Shown here: positions 39,362-50,556 of the stretch, piece after piece
Layout: each line of letters begins with the position of its first letter
Numbering within the stretch: the first letter of the stretch is position 1
NCBI GenBank assembly: GCA_017654855.1
Contig: CM030338.1
Span: 2,480,001-2,544,000, forward strand
Origin: Podospora anserina
Lineage: Eukaryota
Direction: 5' to 3'
DNA: 64,000 bases
Program-made: the position numbers and the translations under genes
Notes under the pieces: generated by a model
Database searches by the model: none
The model's input: only the letters and a program-made list of their open reading frames with translations
Told to the model about the DNA's origin: nothing

Positions 39362-39917
39362 TTACACCCACCCCGCCCCGCCCCAAACACCTCTTATCCT
39401 CCTCGCAAGCTGCAGGTCCTTTTGCATAATGGTTACCCGCTTGGCGTGGATGGCGAGGAGGTTGGTGTCTTCAAAGAGGTGGACAAGGAAAGCCTCGGAG
39501 GCTTCTTGGAGGGCTTGAATGGCTTGGGATTGCCAGCGGAGTTCGTCGTTCATGGGGCGGCAGGTGATGGCTATTTCGCGGACCTTTTTTTTTGTGTCAA
39601 AAACGATACTCATCTTCTTCTTCTCCCTTGATTGTTCCTCGGATATATATATATATATACGTACCAATCGCGCAAATGGAAGCTTGAGCAGGAGGAGATC
39701 GGTGTTTGATTGATATCTGCGGATTTCCTTCAGGGCGAGGGTGCCTGGGCGGTAGCGGCGCTTGCGGCCTTGGGGGACTGGATCGCCTGCTTTAGGGGGT
39801 TTAGTATAGGGCAATGGGGGAGGAGGAGGAGGAGGAGGAAAACATACGCTGAACATTGGATTGTCTTCCTGCTCCTGAAGGGCGACCGGGGCGACGGCCA
39901 GCCTGTTTAGGTGGCAT
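39362..39917 (-). CDS. CSE4: Centromere-specific histone H3 variant (CENP-A/Cse4)
   Basis: Exons 39917-39848, 39789-39665, 39583-39362. Divergent short N-tail [13 protein letters not shown]; histone fold [64 protein letters not shown]. The W in LRWQS and the longer loop 1 are CenH3-diagnostic. Confidence 0.93.
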
Positions 39918-41402
39918 TTTTTCTTTTTCGGCGGGAGGGTATTAACGATTAAACCCGACGGGAAGGCCGCGAGTCGGTTGGTTTTGCGCAAAAGCTAGCG
40001 AATGGCTCTTTGCGATTCAAGCTGGAGATGGTTTTGCGCGACGAGGGAATTGGCTCCGAGAATTGAGTTTGCGCGATGCAAAAAAAGGGCGGAGGAAGGA
40101 ACCGGCGATTGGGTGTTGTAGATGTATTATGCGTAACCTGCAGGAAGGGGGTGGGTGGGCAATGGTGGTTGTTGACGGATAGAGCAGAAAGGAGGGTGTC
40201 ACAGGAATGCAAGGAGAGAGAGTATGTACAAATCCGGGAAGTTGGCTGGGTGTTTAATGGGGGAAAAGAAGAAAGATTGCCCTCCCCTCGACGCGAGCAG
40301 AAAATGGAGCTGTCGCGACGGAACGCGCTACGGTTGACAGGGGGTTAAATGGGGTGGCTGGGGAGATGTGGGGAGCTCTGTTTCTCTCTCGAAGAAGGGG
40401 AGAACAATGTGTGGCTTGTGCGTTGCTGTCAAACCAGCCACAAGACATTTGACAGCTGCGGGTTAGGGTTGAGCTCGATACGAAGGCTGGGGCCATAAGC
40501 CTTTGGACTCCCACGTTAGCAGGGGTTTAAACATCACAGTGCTCATCTTGCACACTTACCGCTCACAACCCTAACCCTCGTACTTTCCTAATTCTCGCAT
40601 CTCTTTAACCACCTAAAAAGACATTATAAAAAAAGATGTAATGCGTTCAAAAGTAGCTTTTGTATATATTAGTACTTGAAATTGTTATAGAGTGACTCTC
40701 TGGTGCATTTATACTTAGATGTAATTGATGCTTTTGTAGTGTGAACTGCTTATCGCACTGTCTTAGCCCTTCTTGGCAAAACTGCTGCTAACGCGGGAGT
40801 CCAAAGACTTGTGGCCCAAGCCTTCGTAGACAAAAAATATGCAGATAGTGAAACGGCAAGCTGGCAGCAGCGTCATTGTGGACCCCGCCGCAGCAGCGGC
40901 TCAGCTTCCCGACAAGGGTCCGAGATAAACGACACGCCGCTGTTGCTGATTGTCCCGCGGTCTTGTGTCCTGATGCTTGATGAGCAACCAAGAAGCTTCG
41001 TTTCCTAAAAGGCCACCTCAACATCTTGAGAATTAATCAATCCTTTTCGCTCACCTGCCAACACACATTTACTGCGACAGATTGCGCCATCTTCCTCAGA
41101 GGCACAAATTGTTCTACAGCAATGGCTTTTTGAACGCAATCCCATTTACGCTTGATTTCAAAGCCAACAAGACACCCTTTGAAGACTTACACTGAACGAG
41201 ACCAAATCATAAATCCGCCGAGCTATATCCACCAGCTAGAAGCACGGGAACTACCACTACAAAAGTGGCAATTGCATCAACCCCTACGAGCGAGCGCCCG
41301 CCCCACTTTCCCCGGATTCTGGGCTTGCGCATCACTGGCGTCGTCAACCCTAACCACACCTATTTTCCATTTCGATCGCAGTAGGCATATAGGCTGCGCA
41401 CA

Positions 41403-42279
41403 ATGGACGGACTCATGGACAACAACGGGCGCTTCCCACTCGAGACGTGGTTCTGGGAAATGCCTGTATGCACAAGATGGTGGACAACAGCAACAGTGTT
41501 ATGCGCCGGCCTGGTGCAATGTCACCTCTTAACACCCTTCCAGCTCTTCTACAGCTACAGAGCGGTATTCGTAAAAGCTCAAGTCAGTACTCTCTCCCTC
41601 CCCTTTCCCACTTGATGTATCGCTAACCTTTTCACCCCTTAAAAGTACTGGCGCCTCCTCACAACCTTCCTCTACTTTGGCCCCTTCTCCATGGACCTCC
41701 TCTTCCACGTCTATTTCCAACAGCGCTACTCCCGCCTCCTCGAAGAGTCCTCCGGCCGATCACCGGCGCACTTTAGCTGGCTGCTGTTTTACGCGATGAG
41801 CAGTTTGCTGTTACTATCACCTTTTATAGGGATGCCCTTTCTCGGTCACCCGCTCTCGTCGACGCTGGTGTACATCTGGTCGAGAAGAAACCCGGACACG
41901 CTGATGAGCTTTCTGGGGGTGCTGGTGTTTAGGGCGCCGTATCTGCCTTGGGTGTTGATTGCCGTGAGCTATGTGTTGCACGGCTTGATCCCGAAGGATG
42001 AGATTTTGGGGGTGGTGATTGGGCATATTTGGTACTTTTTTAATGACGTGTACCCACCGCTGCATAATGGGAGCAAGCCGTTGGATCCGCCGATGTGGTG
42101 GAGGAGGTTGATTGGTAGGTTTTCTTGATTTGGGGGCTGAGAGATGAGCAGTGCTGACATTGGCCACAGAGGGCCGCCCAAGAGAAGAAGAGACCAACGA
42201 CGAGACTGCTAATGGCGTGGATAACGAGTTTGCTGTTGCTGGGGCTGGTCCGGAGGTGCCGGCGCCAGATATGCGATGA
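41403..42279 (+). CDS. DER1: Derlin (Der1-like) ERAD membrane protein
   Basis: Exons 41403-41582, 41646-42114, 42170-42279. Motifs: MPVCTRWW, QYWRLLTTFLYFGP, RYSRLLEE, VYIWSRRNP, FRAPYLPWV, GHIWYFF. Confidence 0.9.
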
Positions 42280-42699
42280 GATTGACAAGAAGGATTTGGG
42301 GGAAGAGTTGTATTTGCATGACAGTACATAGTGGTGGTCGGTTTACTTTGCGTCTAGTTCTTTACTAGCATATTTGAAACTGGCCACAGATGCTTAGCAT
42401 GGCACATTTTATGGCGTTGGAGGTTACGGCATCGGGACAACAGGTTGGAACCTGACGAATCCACAGTCTGGAAGCAAGTAGCGCTGATATAATGAAATGT
42501 TATTCGAGCGTTGCTATCAAATGCGTCTTTCACCAGTTCTACCAATCTGATCCGTATGGATCGGGTACGAAACCCGAGCGACGGGCGTTTTGTGAGGAGC
42601 ACCGAAAGTGTATAGACCAGGCCAAGAATGATCAATTCTCACTAGCTTGCTAACTTGCTTGCTTGCTTTGCTTCCACCAGTTCCATAACATCATCATGC

Positions 42700-43294
42700 T
42701 CAAGCAGCCAAGAACTGCTGAACATACTCCTTGCGATAAGCGTTCTCATCCAACCCCTCCGTCCTGTTCAGAGGCGTCCACTTGGGCTCGTCCTTGAACA
42801 ACCTCAAAGCCTTGATGTACTATTATTTTCCCCGTTAGCCATCACTCCCTCACCACCACCAACCGCCATTTCCAATAGTCAGTGAAACTTACATTATCAT
42901 CATCAGTAGTAAACCTGTGGTAAATCCCCGCCGGCAGGATGATCAGATCGTTCTTCTCGAGGAAGATCCTCACCCACCTCTCGTCCTTGTCCCTGACGTC
43001 AAAGTACCCCTTGCCGTCCTTGACGTACCTGATCTCTTCGTCTTCGTGGAGGTGCTCGTCGAAGAAGGACCTGACTTTGGTCTCGTAGATGTCGCCCATG
43101 GCCTCGGGGGAGACGGTGATCTCGTCGCGGTTCTTGTACCCCCGCTCGGCGGCGAGGGCGTCGACGTCGGAGAGGGAGGGGATGTGGTGGTAGAGGACGC
43201 CGAGGGAGAGGAGCTCCGAGGGGGAGATGGGGGTGCCTGAGTTGTGGGGGAGGCGTTGGTCGCCGGGGAGGTCGTCGTAGATGTAGGCTTTCAT
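42700..43294 (-). CDS. ADI1: Acireductone dioxygenase (methionine salvage, ARD)
   Basis: Exons 43294-42893 and 42819-42700. Cupin motifs [47 protein letters not shown]. Confidence 0.95.
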
Positions 43295-44915
43295 TTTGGG
43301 CTACTTTTGAGTATAAGGGTGTGAGATTGATGTTTGGGGTGTGAGATTTGGAGTTGTGAATGTGAGAGCTGAGAGGTGAGAGGTGAGGTGAGAAATGGGT
43401 GGAATTGATGATGGAAAGGGCAGGGGGATGGTGGGGCTATAAATTATTTTGGTGATGAGGGGCGGGCGCTGCCTTTTTCCAGAAACACAACGAACACTTG
43501 CGCCTTCAAAAGGCACACCTCACGCAGCACGCACGGCAAATTTTCTATAAGATATCGGGCGGATTACGCCAGAAGTGGCATGTCAAACGGACCAGATGAA
43601 CCACACACCTTTTTGCGTGACAAGATCGGAGGATGTGCGTGACGTCGTCAAAAATGTCCCGCAATTGCGCAATCGGAACTGTTACCGTTTTGATAGCGTA
43701 TTGTTACGGGATGACGTGGGTAAGGGTTGTGGGTGTGCTGCATACACAACCCTGGTTTTTGGTGAATAGGGGTAGTGATGCACAAATCAGGGGTAATGAG
43801 GAAAAAAAGGTAAACTGGTGTCATGCTGCTTTATAGGTAAGTCGTGGCTTACTGCGTGCGGGTCGAGTGTTCATCACGATGTCTAAAAGAGGTTGCGTAT
43901 CTTTTGGTCGAGGCCGATGAGAAGACGATGACTGCTCTTGCTGCTCCGAGATTACGAAGTCTCGTATAATGAATGGCCCAGCAATTAGATTTCAGATACC
44001 TGTATCCCGATAGTTTCTAGACATCTTCAACCAATGCATTGGCCCCGGAGCATGGCCAACAAGCTGGGATTGCAAAGAAGCTATAAAACATACTTACTAT
44101 GTGCTCAAAAGTAATTGAATATCGTTTGGCTACCTATATCATTCATTATATCTTTAGGACGGAACATCAGCTCTCCAAAGACATCTTAGCAGCTTCGAAA
44201 AGACCATCCCAACCCGCAACACACCGTCTCCCTAGCTTAATAGACACACAGTTAATAACAGATTGCGTACATCGTGATAAGTACGAATCAAAGTTCGAGA
44301 CGTATTCGCAAGACATAAGACGCCTACGTTTGTATCAGCGTATCCAGATAAATGACGTCCTCACGCCAGCTCCATACGCCCGCACAAGTACACCACCAGT
44401 CGCCCAAGACTCGCTCGCTTTTCTTGAACCATCCCAGCAACTGGTTAACTGCCCAAAACGGGCATGGCATCAGGTAACACCCATGCAATACATCCCCCAA
44501 AAGTCTTCCCAGCAGCTCCAAAGACCGGCGACTGGGCTGTTCCGAGCATCATTTCAGCCCTCGCCCAACTTCCGCCCCGGTGATGTACAGCACATCAGAT
44601 TGGCTGCGTTCGCGATATTCGTGCCCAGATCCAAGACATCATGGGACTCCTCGACAACTTCCCAAACTCGCAGACCCGTGAGATGGCCTCGACCTAAGCA
44701 GGCGTGAGTCTGGCCGCGGGCGCAAGCGCAAAAGACACTGGCTCAGCAGCGCTCGCGAGCGCTCTAACATTCATCCCAGCCAATCAATCTGGCTGCGGTA
44801 CAGCATTTTGCATGGAGGATAGGCAGAGATATGGACATATGGCAGAGGTGTAGTGTTCAACCTGCACTTACATGACTATTTATTCTATGATTTGGGTCGA
44901 ATCCTGCTTAGACCG

Positions 44916-45099
44916 GTAGGTAAGTAGGTAGGTAGGTAAGTAGGTAGGTAGGTAAGTAGGTAGGTAGGTAAGTAGGTAGGTAGGTAAGTAGGTAGGTAGG
45001 TAAGTAGGTAGGTAGGTAAGTAGGTAGGTAGGTAAGTAGGTAGGTAGGTAAGTAGGTAGGTAGGTAAGTAGGTAGGTAGGTAAGTAGGTAGGTAAGTAG
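44916..45099 (+). repeat. Minisatellite, ~11 copies of 16-mer TAAGTAGGTAGGTAGG
   Basis: Near-perfect tandem array read directly. Confidence 0.95.
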
Positions 45100-45279
45100 C
45101 TGGATTTTGAGAGATGATTTGTTTTGGAAGATCCGTTAATACATGCCTATCACAAAGAGATATGCATGCACATTTGATGAGTCACTGTATTGTAGATCTC
45201 AAACTCAATGCTATCTAGAGGCTTACGCCACCCAGTCTACCACTTTGACCCGCCCCTCAAGACATTCCCCAAGAGTTGT

Positions 45280-46709
45280 CTACTCCGCCTGACCAACAAA
45301 TGCCGGCAGCCTCTTTGAAACCTCCTCCCAAGTCTCCATGCCGTTCACCATATTCTTGATAGCCTGAACGACCCCGTCCTCCGAAGCCCTGACTTGAGAC
45401 GTGGAGTCCCTGTCCCTCAATGTTACCGACCCATCCTTCACGGTGTCAAAGTTGATCGTGATACCGAGGGGCGTGCCCAATTCGTCATTCCGGGCATATC
45501 TCTTGCCAATAGAGGCACTCGACGAGTCCGCAATATTGGAAATCCCCAGAGAATGAAGGCGGGCGGATAACTTGTGCACGAGGGGCGTGAACTAAGGCTG
45601 GGCGGAGAGGGGGACGATGAGAACCTTGTTGGGGGCTACACCAAAGGGAAGAGACAAGACCTAATCAAAACATTAGTAAAGAAATGCCAATGGATGATGA
45701 TACCTTCCACTTACTGCGCGGGCCTCATCACCAGGCCTATGCCAATACGTCTGTTTCAAGACACAATAGAGGATTCTCCCAATGCCAAACGACGGCTCAA
45801 TAACGTTGGGGGTGTACACCCGTGTGTTCTGGGCGCGGGTAACCTTGGCGATGGTCAAGAGTTCCTTCGACAACTCCACAGATGTCCGTCCATCACCAAG
45901 CGCCGGAGTGTCGATAGACACAATACCCTTCTCCGCAACCTCTAAAGCCAGACGCTCCAGAGTAGGCTGATCCAGAGCTTCCACTACACTCTGGATGACC
46001 TTGGCATCCTTCTTCAACCGCGGGCCGATGAGCTTCTTGTCAAGGGTAGCCTGCCACTCTTCCACCTTAACTGGCTTTGAGAGAGCCTCCTTGACGATCA
46101 AAGGGGACCCAGTGTAGGCCGAGTGGACAGTCAAATCGTAGGCACTACGATCAGCGCAACCGACACACGGAGAAATCGAAATTTCCACAGAAAAAAGCTC
46201 ACCTGCGCAAGAATATTCTCATACTCCGCGGCAGTCCCTCCGTCCAATTTGGCGGAGTTTTTGGTCAGTCCCTTGGTGCCACGCTCAATCCGCGCCTTCA
46301 GCACATTCTCAACCAAGTGATCCGCACGCAGGTAATCCCCTATCAAACGGCGGAAAAATTAGCTCAAATTCTCACAAAGATAGGTCGGGCAATGACAAAC
46401 CTCTCCTTGCACATCCAATCCGCAAACTTGTCCACATGTCCGCTCGTCTTGAGGACCAACTCCGGCGTAATCACCGTGCAGTCCAACTCGAGCATATTCT
46501 CCTCCATGACGAAATGTTTCCGCCAAGCATCGACGATGTTGGCCTGGAGGGCGCATCCTGGGGGCCATAGTCGAACAGTCCGCGATTATCGCCCTTGAAG
46601 TTGGCGGAGAGTCGATAGATTACAAATGACTCGGTGAAAAAGAAGCGTCTCTTCAAGACGGATTCAAAGGGTGGTCGATCGAAGGGTCCGCGGTTGTCAT
46701 GGGAGCCAT
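45280..46709 (-). pseudogene. Glycyl-tRNA synthetase (eukaryotic class IIa) paralog, disabled
   Basis: Recognisable GlyRS blocks: [99 protein letters not shown]. Lesions: frameshifts near 46690 and 46562, loss of the central catalytic region, and an in-frame TAG at 45594-45592. Confidence 0.88.
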
Positions 46710-46914
46710 GGTTGGCGGTTGAGGCTAACCCAGTGCGGTTTGACAGGTGGGGATGGTGGAGGGAGGTGCCAAGGGGACCGTTCGTGGGGGAGGATTTATT
46801 TTTGGAGGGATGACCCTGCGTAAATCAACGGGCATGGTCATAGCTCCTGTGGGGCCTCTCCTATCGATAAGATATTGAAGAGGTCAGGGGATTCATGGTG
46901 TTTTCTTTGTCCTC

Positions 46915-47760
46915 GCAGCAATAGGCAGTGGCAGCAATAGACTAGTGGCAGGAGCACATTGGCACGAGTAGAAGAGAGTGAGTGGTATTAAAAGAGGAGT
47001 CACGTACTAGGTAGCAAAGTAGTGGCAGCAACAGGGTAGAGGTGGAAAATATCTTAATGGAAGCAACAGCAACAGCTTTCTAGGTCGTCAACAACATTCT
47101 AGGCCATCAACAGCAGTCTAAGTCATCAACAGCAGTCTCACCGGATAACTGTCACGGCAAGAACTAGAGCAGTGCCTTAGGCAAGCAGGGCAACCTGAAA
47201 GATACGTTGGTAACATCAGAGCAAATTGCAAAACCAACAGAGTAGCTATATTGGCAGAAGCAAAGATATCAGCAACAGCAGCAGATATAATAGTACTTGA
47301 GCCGAGCAGGGTATCGCAGCATGACAGCAGAATATATCAGTAAGACCAGCAAAAGATGTAAGCACCAACAGTAGAATACCTGTATTGGATAACAGGCTCC
47401 ACAGATTATATTAGCAGCCACAGCAAACTGCATGGGTGGCAGGAGCAAAAGCACCATCGGAGGGTTGTAGTAAAATCTCTCACTATGTAGCAATGGTAGG
47501 AGAGCTCATCAGCAGGAGTGAAGGCTGTTCTCATGGGGTAGAAAACAGACTCGCGGTAATTGGTAGGGACAGGGTGTCTCAGCACCAACAGCACCTGAAG
47601 AATGGCTATAACAAGCTGGAGCTGGTAATAATGGAGAGATAAGCCGTGTGCTGCGGGAGAAACAGAGTGGCAGCAGCAGTTGCAAATTAAGTATCTTTAA
47701 TTACAACAACAGAAAGGAATAACCATGACCGAAGCAGGAGTGACAGCCTATGTATATAGA
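46915..47760. mobile_element. Possible degenerate repeat/transposon relic
   Basis: Strand-skewed A/G-rich sequence, by eye CpG-poor and CA/TA-rich, with degenerate 19-mer tandem copies at ~47082-47138 and no credible ORF. No TE domain or terminal repeat recognised. Confidence 0.3.
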
Positions 47761-48633
47761 GAAAAATGTAAGAGACTGGGAAATCACATCTTTTAGCCAC
47801 AGCGTCTACAGTCTCCCCATGATCTTTTTCCAGCATCTGATCCCAACACCAACATGTCACTACCATCCGATCTTCTACAGTTCCGCCTAAGCATCTGTAT
47901 ATCTATGTAATTACTGTGCCATGTTCAGCAGCACCGAGTGCGATTGGGCTTTTGTCCACAAGCACCCAGACAAGGTCTGGCTTTCATAGAAACTGTAAAC
48001 AAGTCAATCCGATAATGTAGAGACGAAGTGGTTAAGTAATTAAACCAAAGATGTAAGTGTAAAGATGAAACGTTTCCAGACGAAGATGAAGACAGCACCT
48101 TAAGGGAGATCCTTCCATTGTCAATCCCCCCCCATCGTGAACTTCACAGATCAAAACGTGTCTACAACACGGACTCTGTGACTTGACATCATAACAACAC
48201 CCACATCATCACGTCACCACATCACCACATCACTACATCAACACAATCCAGTACAGAACAAACGTAATTATAGAACCCCTATATACGCAAGAAAACCACA
48301 ACTATAGCTTGCCCCAGGCTGACTCCCGCCCTCCCAGTCACCAAGCAAAGTAACGAAGAAAGCACAATTGCCACTCCACCCAGAAACCTCTTGGTCTATT
48401 CCCCCTTGCTTTCCAGGTTTCGAAAAAAAAAAACCCCCGATTTGCCTCCCTCCTTGCTTTTCTCTATAGAGCTCAAATTCTCCAAGATTACCCACCGCCC
48501 AGACCCCATTATTCGTGTATAGAAAAAGATGCTCGTCTCCCTCTCGTTCTAGCCATGGGAGAAGCGCAAGAATCGAAGCAAAGAGATAACCTCCCCCCAA
48601 TATAGGTTGGTAGCGAGAGGCAATACCACAGCT

Positions 48634-50556
48634 CTAAAACATGCGATAATGCCTCGCCAGCCAAAAGCCCAGAATGCAAAAAGTCAAGAGACTGCCCAGA
48701 ATCCCAAAGAAAGGCGCGAGAGTGGCCCCGTCCCCATCCGCAAACGGCACCCTGACGTTCATTCCAAACAGGCCCGTCACCACATTGAGCGGGACAATGA
48801 TGGACGCGAGCAGAGTCACCTTGCCCAACATACGGTTGGTGTTTGTCCCTTGGGCAATACCATCAATCGAGATCTGAGCGAGATAATTGCTGTGCGCGCG
48901 AGACAGCATCTTTTCGCAGTGGCCGAGGTTGTTCATCATGGTGACAACGTGATCCTGGATATCGCCAAGGTACATGCCTATGTCCATACGTGGCGTGACC
49001 TTGTAGTTCTCGTTGCACCTCTTGGTGAAGCCTCGGAGGACGTCGGCCTTGCCGCCAAGTAGTCTCATCAGAGCCATCGTGTTCTTGCGTGCTGTGCCGA
49101 TCTTGCGGAGGAACTGTGCCATGTCATCTGTACGGGCAATGAAGACCTCATCCTCAATCTGGTCCGTTTCGTCCTCAAGCGAGCGGATATCAGGAGCGAA
49201 TGAATCAACGATATCGTCGCTGCGAGCTGGTCAGCTTTGAAACTGATTAAAAGATACCAAATACACTTACATCAAGGCGTAGCAAATCCAGTCGCTACTG
49301 AGCGAGACATAATCCTTGAGCATTGCGATTCTCTTCCGCACGTGAGAGGCATGAGAATTTTTGGCATAGCTGAAACTCAGCGTGCCCTCGCGGAAGACAA
49401 CCGCATAGATGTTGAAAGGCTTGAACTCCTTCTCCCCATCCTCGTCATTCTCGATAAAGAATGACCGGAAGCAGGCAAAGTAGTACGACGGGAAGAGTTC
49501 AATCTTCTCGCGAGATTCCTGCGTCGTGATATCTTCAATTGTCAGGGGATGGATACCAAAGGCCCTGCAAACGGCGCGCACCTCCTCTTCAGAAGGGTTC
49601 TTCATATCCAGCCACCACACACCATCCGTCTCGCCCTTGGGGAAGCTGAAGAGACCACGGATATCCTCACCCTCCACGAGCAATCCTTCGAGATCGGGGG
49701 CATTGATTGTCGATTCCCAGGCCGAAGAGAAGAAACTGACCCGGTTTGGATCTGGCTGAGGCACCGGGAGTTGGACCTGCTTGACCTGTTCCTCGTCTTG
49801 ACCTTTTTCGGACTTTTCTTGGTGGCTCTCTGCGTCAAAGGCTGGCGACAGAAAGTCACCATCCAAAGTGATCATGGGCGTTGGAACATTAGATGGGTTG
49901 GTAGAGGGCCGGACATCAGGGAATGTGCGAAGCACAGAAGGACGACGGGCTGCTTCACGGGCCTCACTTTCGGCTTTCATAAAATTCTCCAGATAGTCAA
50001 AGTCAATGTGCAGGGTGGCACCACTCCGCTCGTCCTGAAGCGGAAAGCAGACATCCTCCTCGGCTGACTTGTTGGTCGCAAGACTGGCGGCATCATCACT
50101 CGCCGCCACAGTGACCTGCTTGCTGCGGTAACTATGCCGACTGACAATGGATGCAGTCCTCTGAAGCGGTGGCTCCTCCTGCTCACTCTGCTCCGGCTTC
50201 GGTTCCGAGAACGACATGTCGCGCTCCCGCCGGCGGGCCTCGGCAAAGGCCTTGACCGAATTAGGAGGCGACGAAGAGCGATCCGAAATCGACTCGATGG
50301 TTGGCCGACGGGCGCGTCTCATGGTGGGCGAGTTCTCAGGCCCCTCATCGTCGATGATGGCCTCTTCAAAATCGCGAACAACAGGTTGTCCGGCTGCAAC
50401 AGCTGCAACTTGGCGTGCCCCGTAAAGAGAGTCAAATGTTCCTCGTCGAGCGCGATCAGGGCGATGCACCGACGCCGTCTGGTTTCGGTGGTCGTCCAAC
50501 TCTGGAACAGGGGTCGAGTACCCCGAGTTTCCGCCCATCTCCTCCTGGTCGGACAT
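48634..50556 (-). CDS. CorA-family Mg2+ transporter (Alr1/Mnr2-like)
   Basis: Exons 50556-49271 and 49219-48634 (intron 49270-49220). Motifs: EEDVCFP, WWLD, AFGIHPLTIEDI..REKIELF, DWICYALIDDIVDSFAP, YLGDIQDH, two C-terminal TMs with the GLFGMNV signature. Confidence 0.93.

Noticed and set aside
44916-45099. CRISPR- or telomere-like array
   Set aside because: No spacers, eukaryotic context, and the unit is not TTAGGG.
45592-45594. TAG in the GlyRS copy as an A-to-I repair site
   Set aside because: Trp is not expected at this position, and the gene has frameshifts and a large deletion that editing cannot fix.
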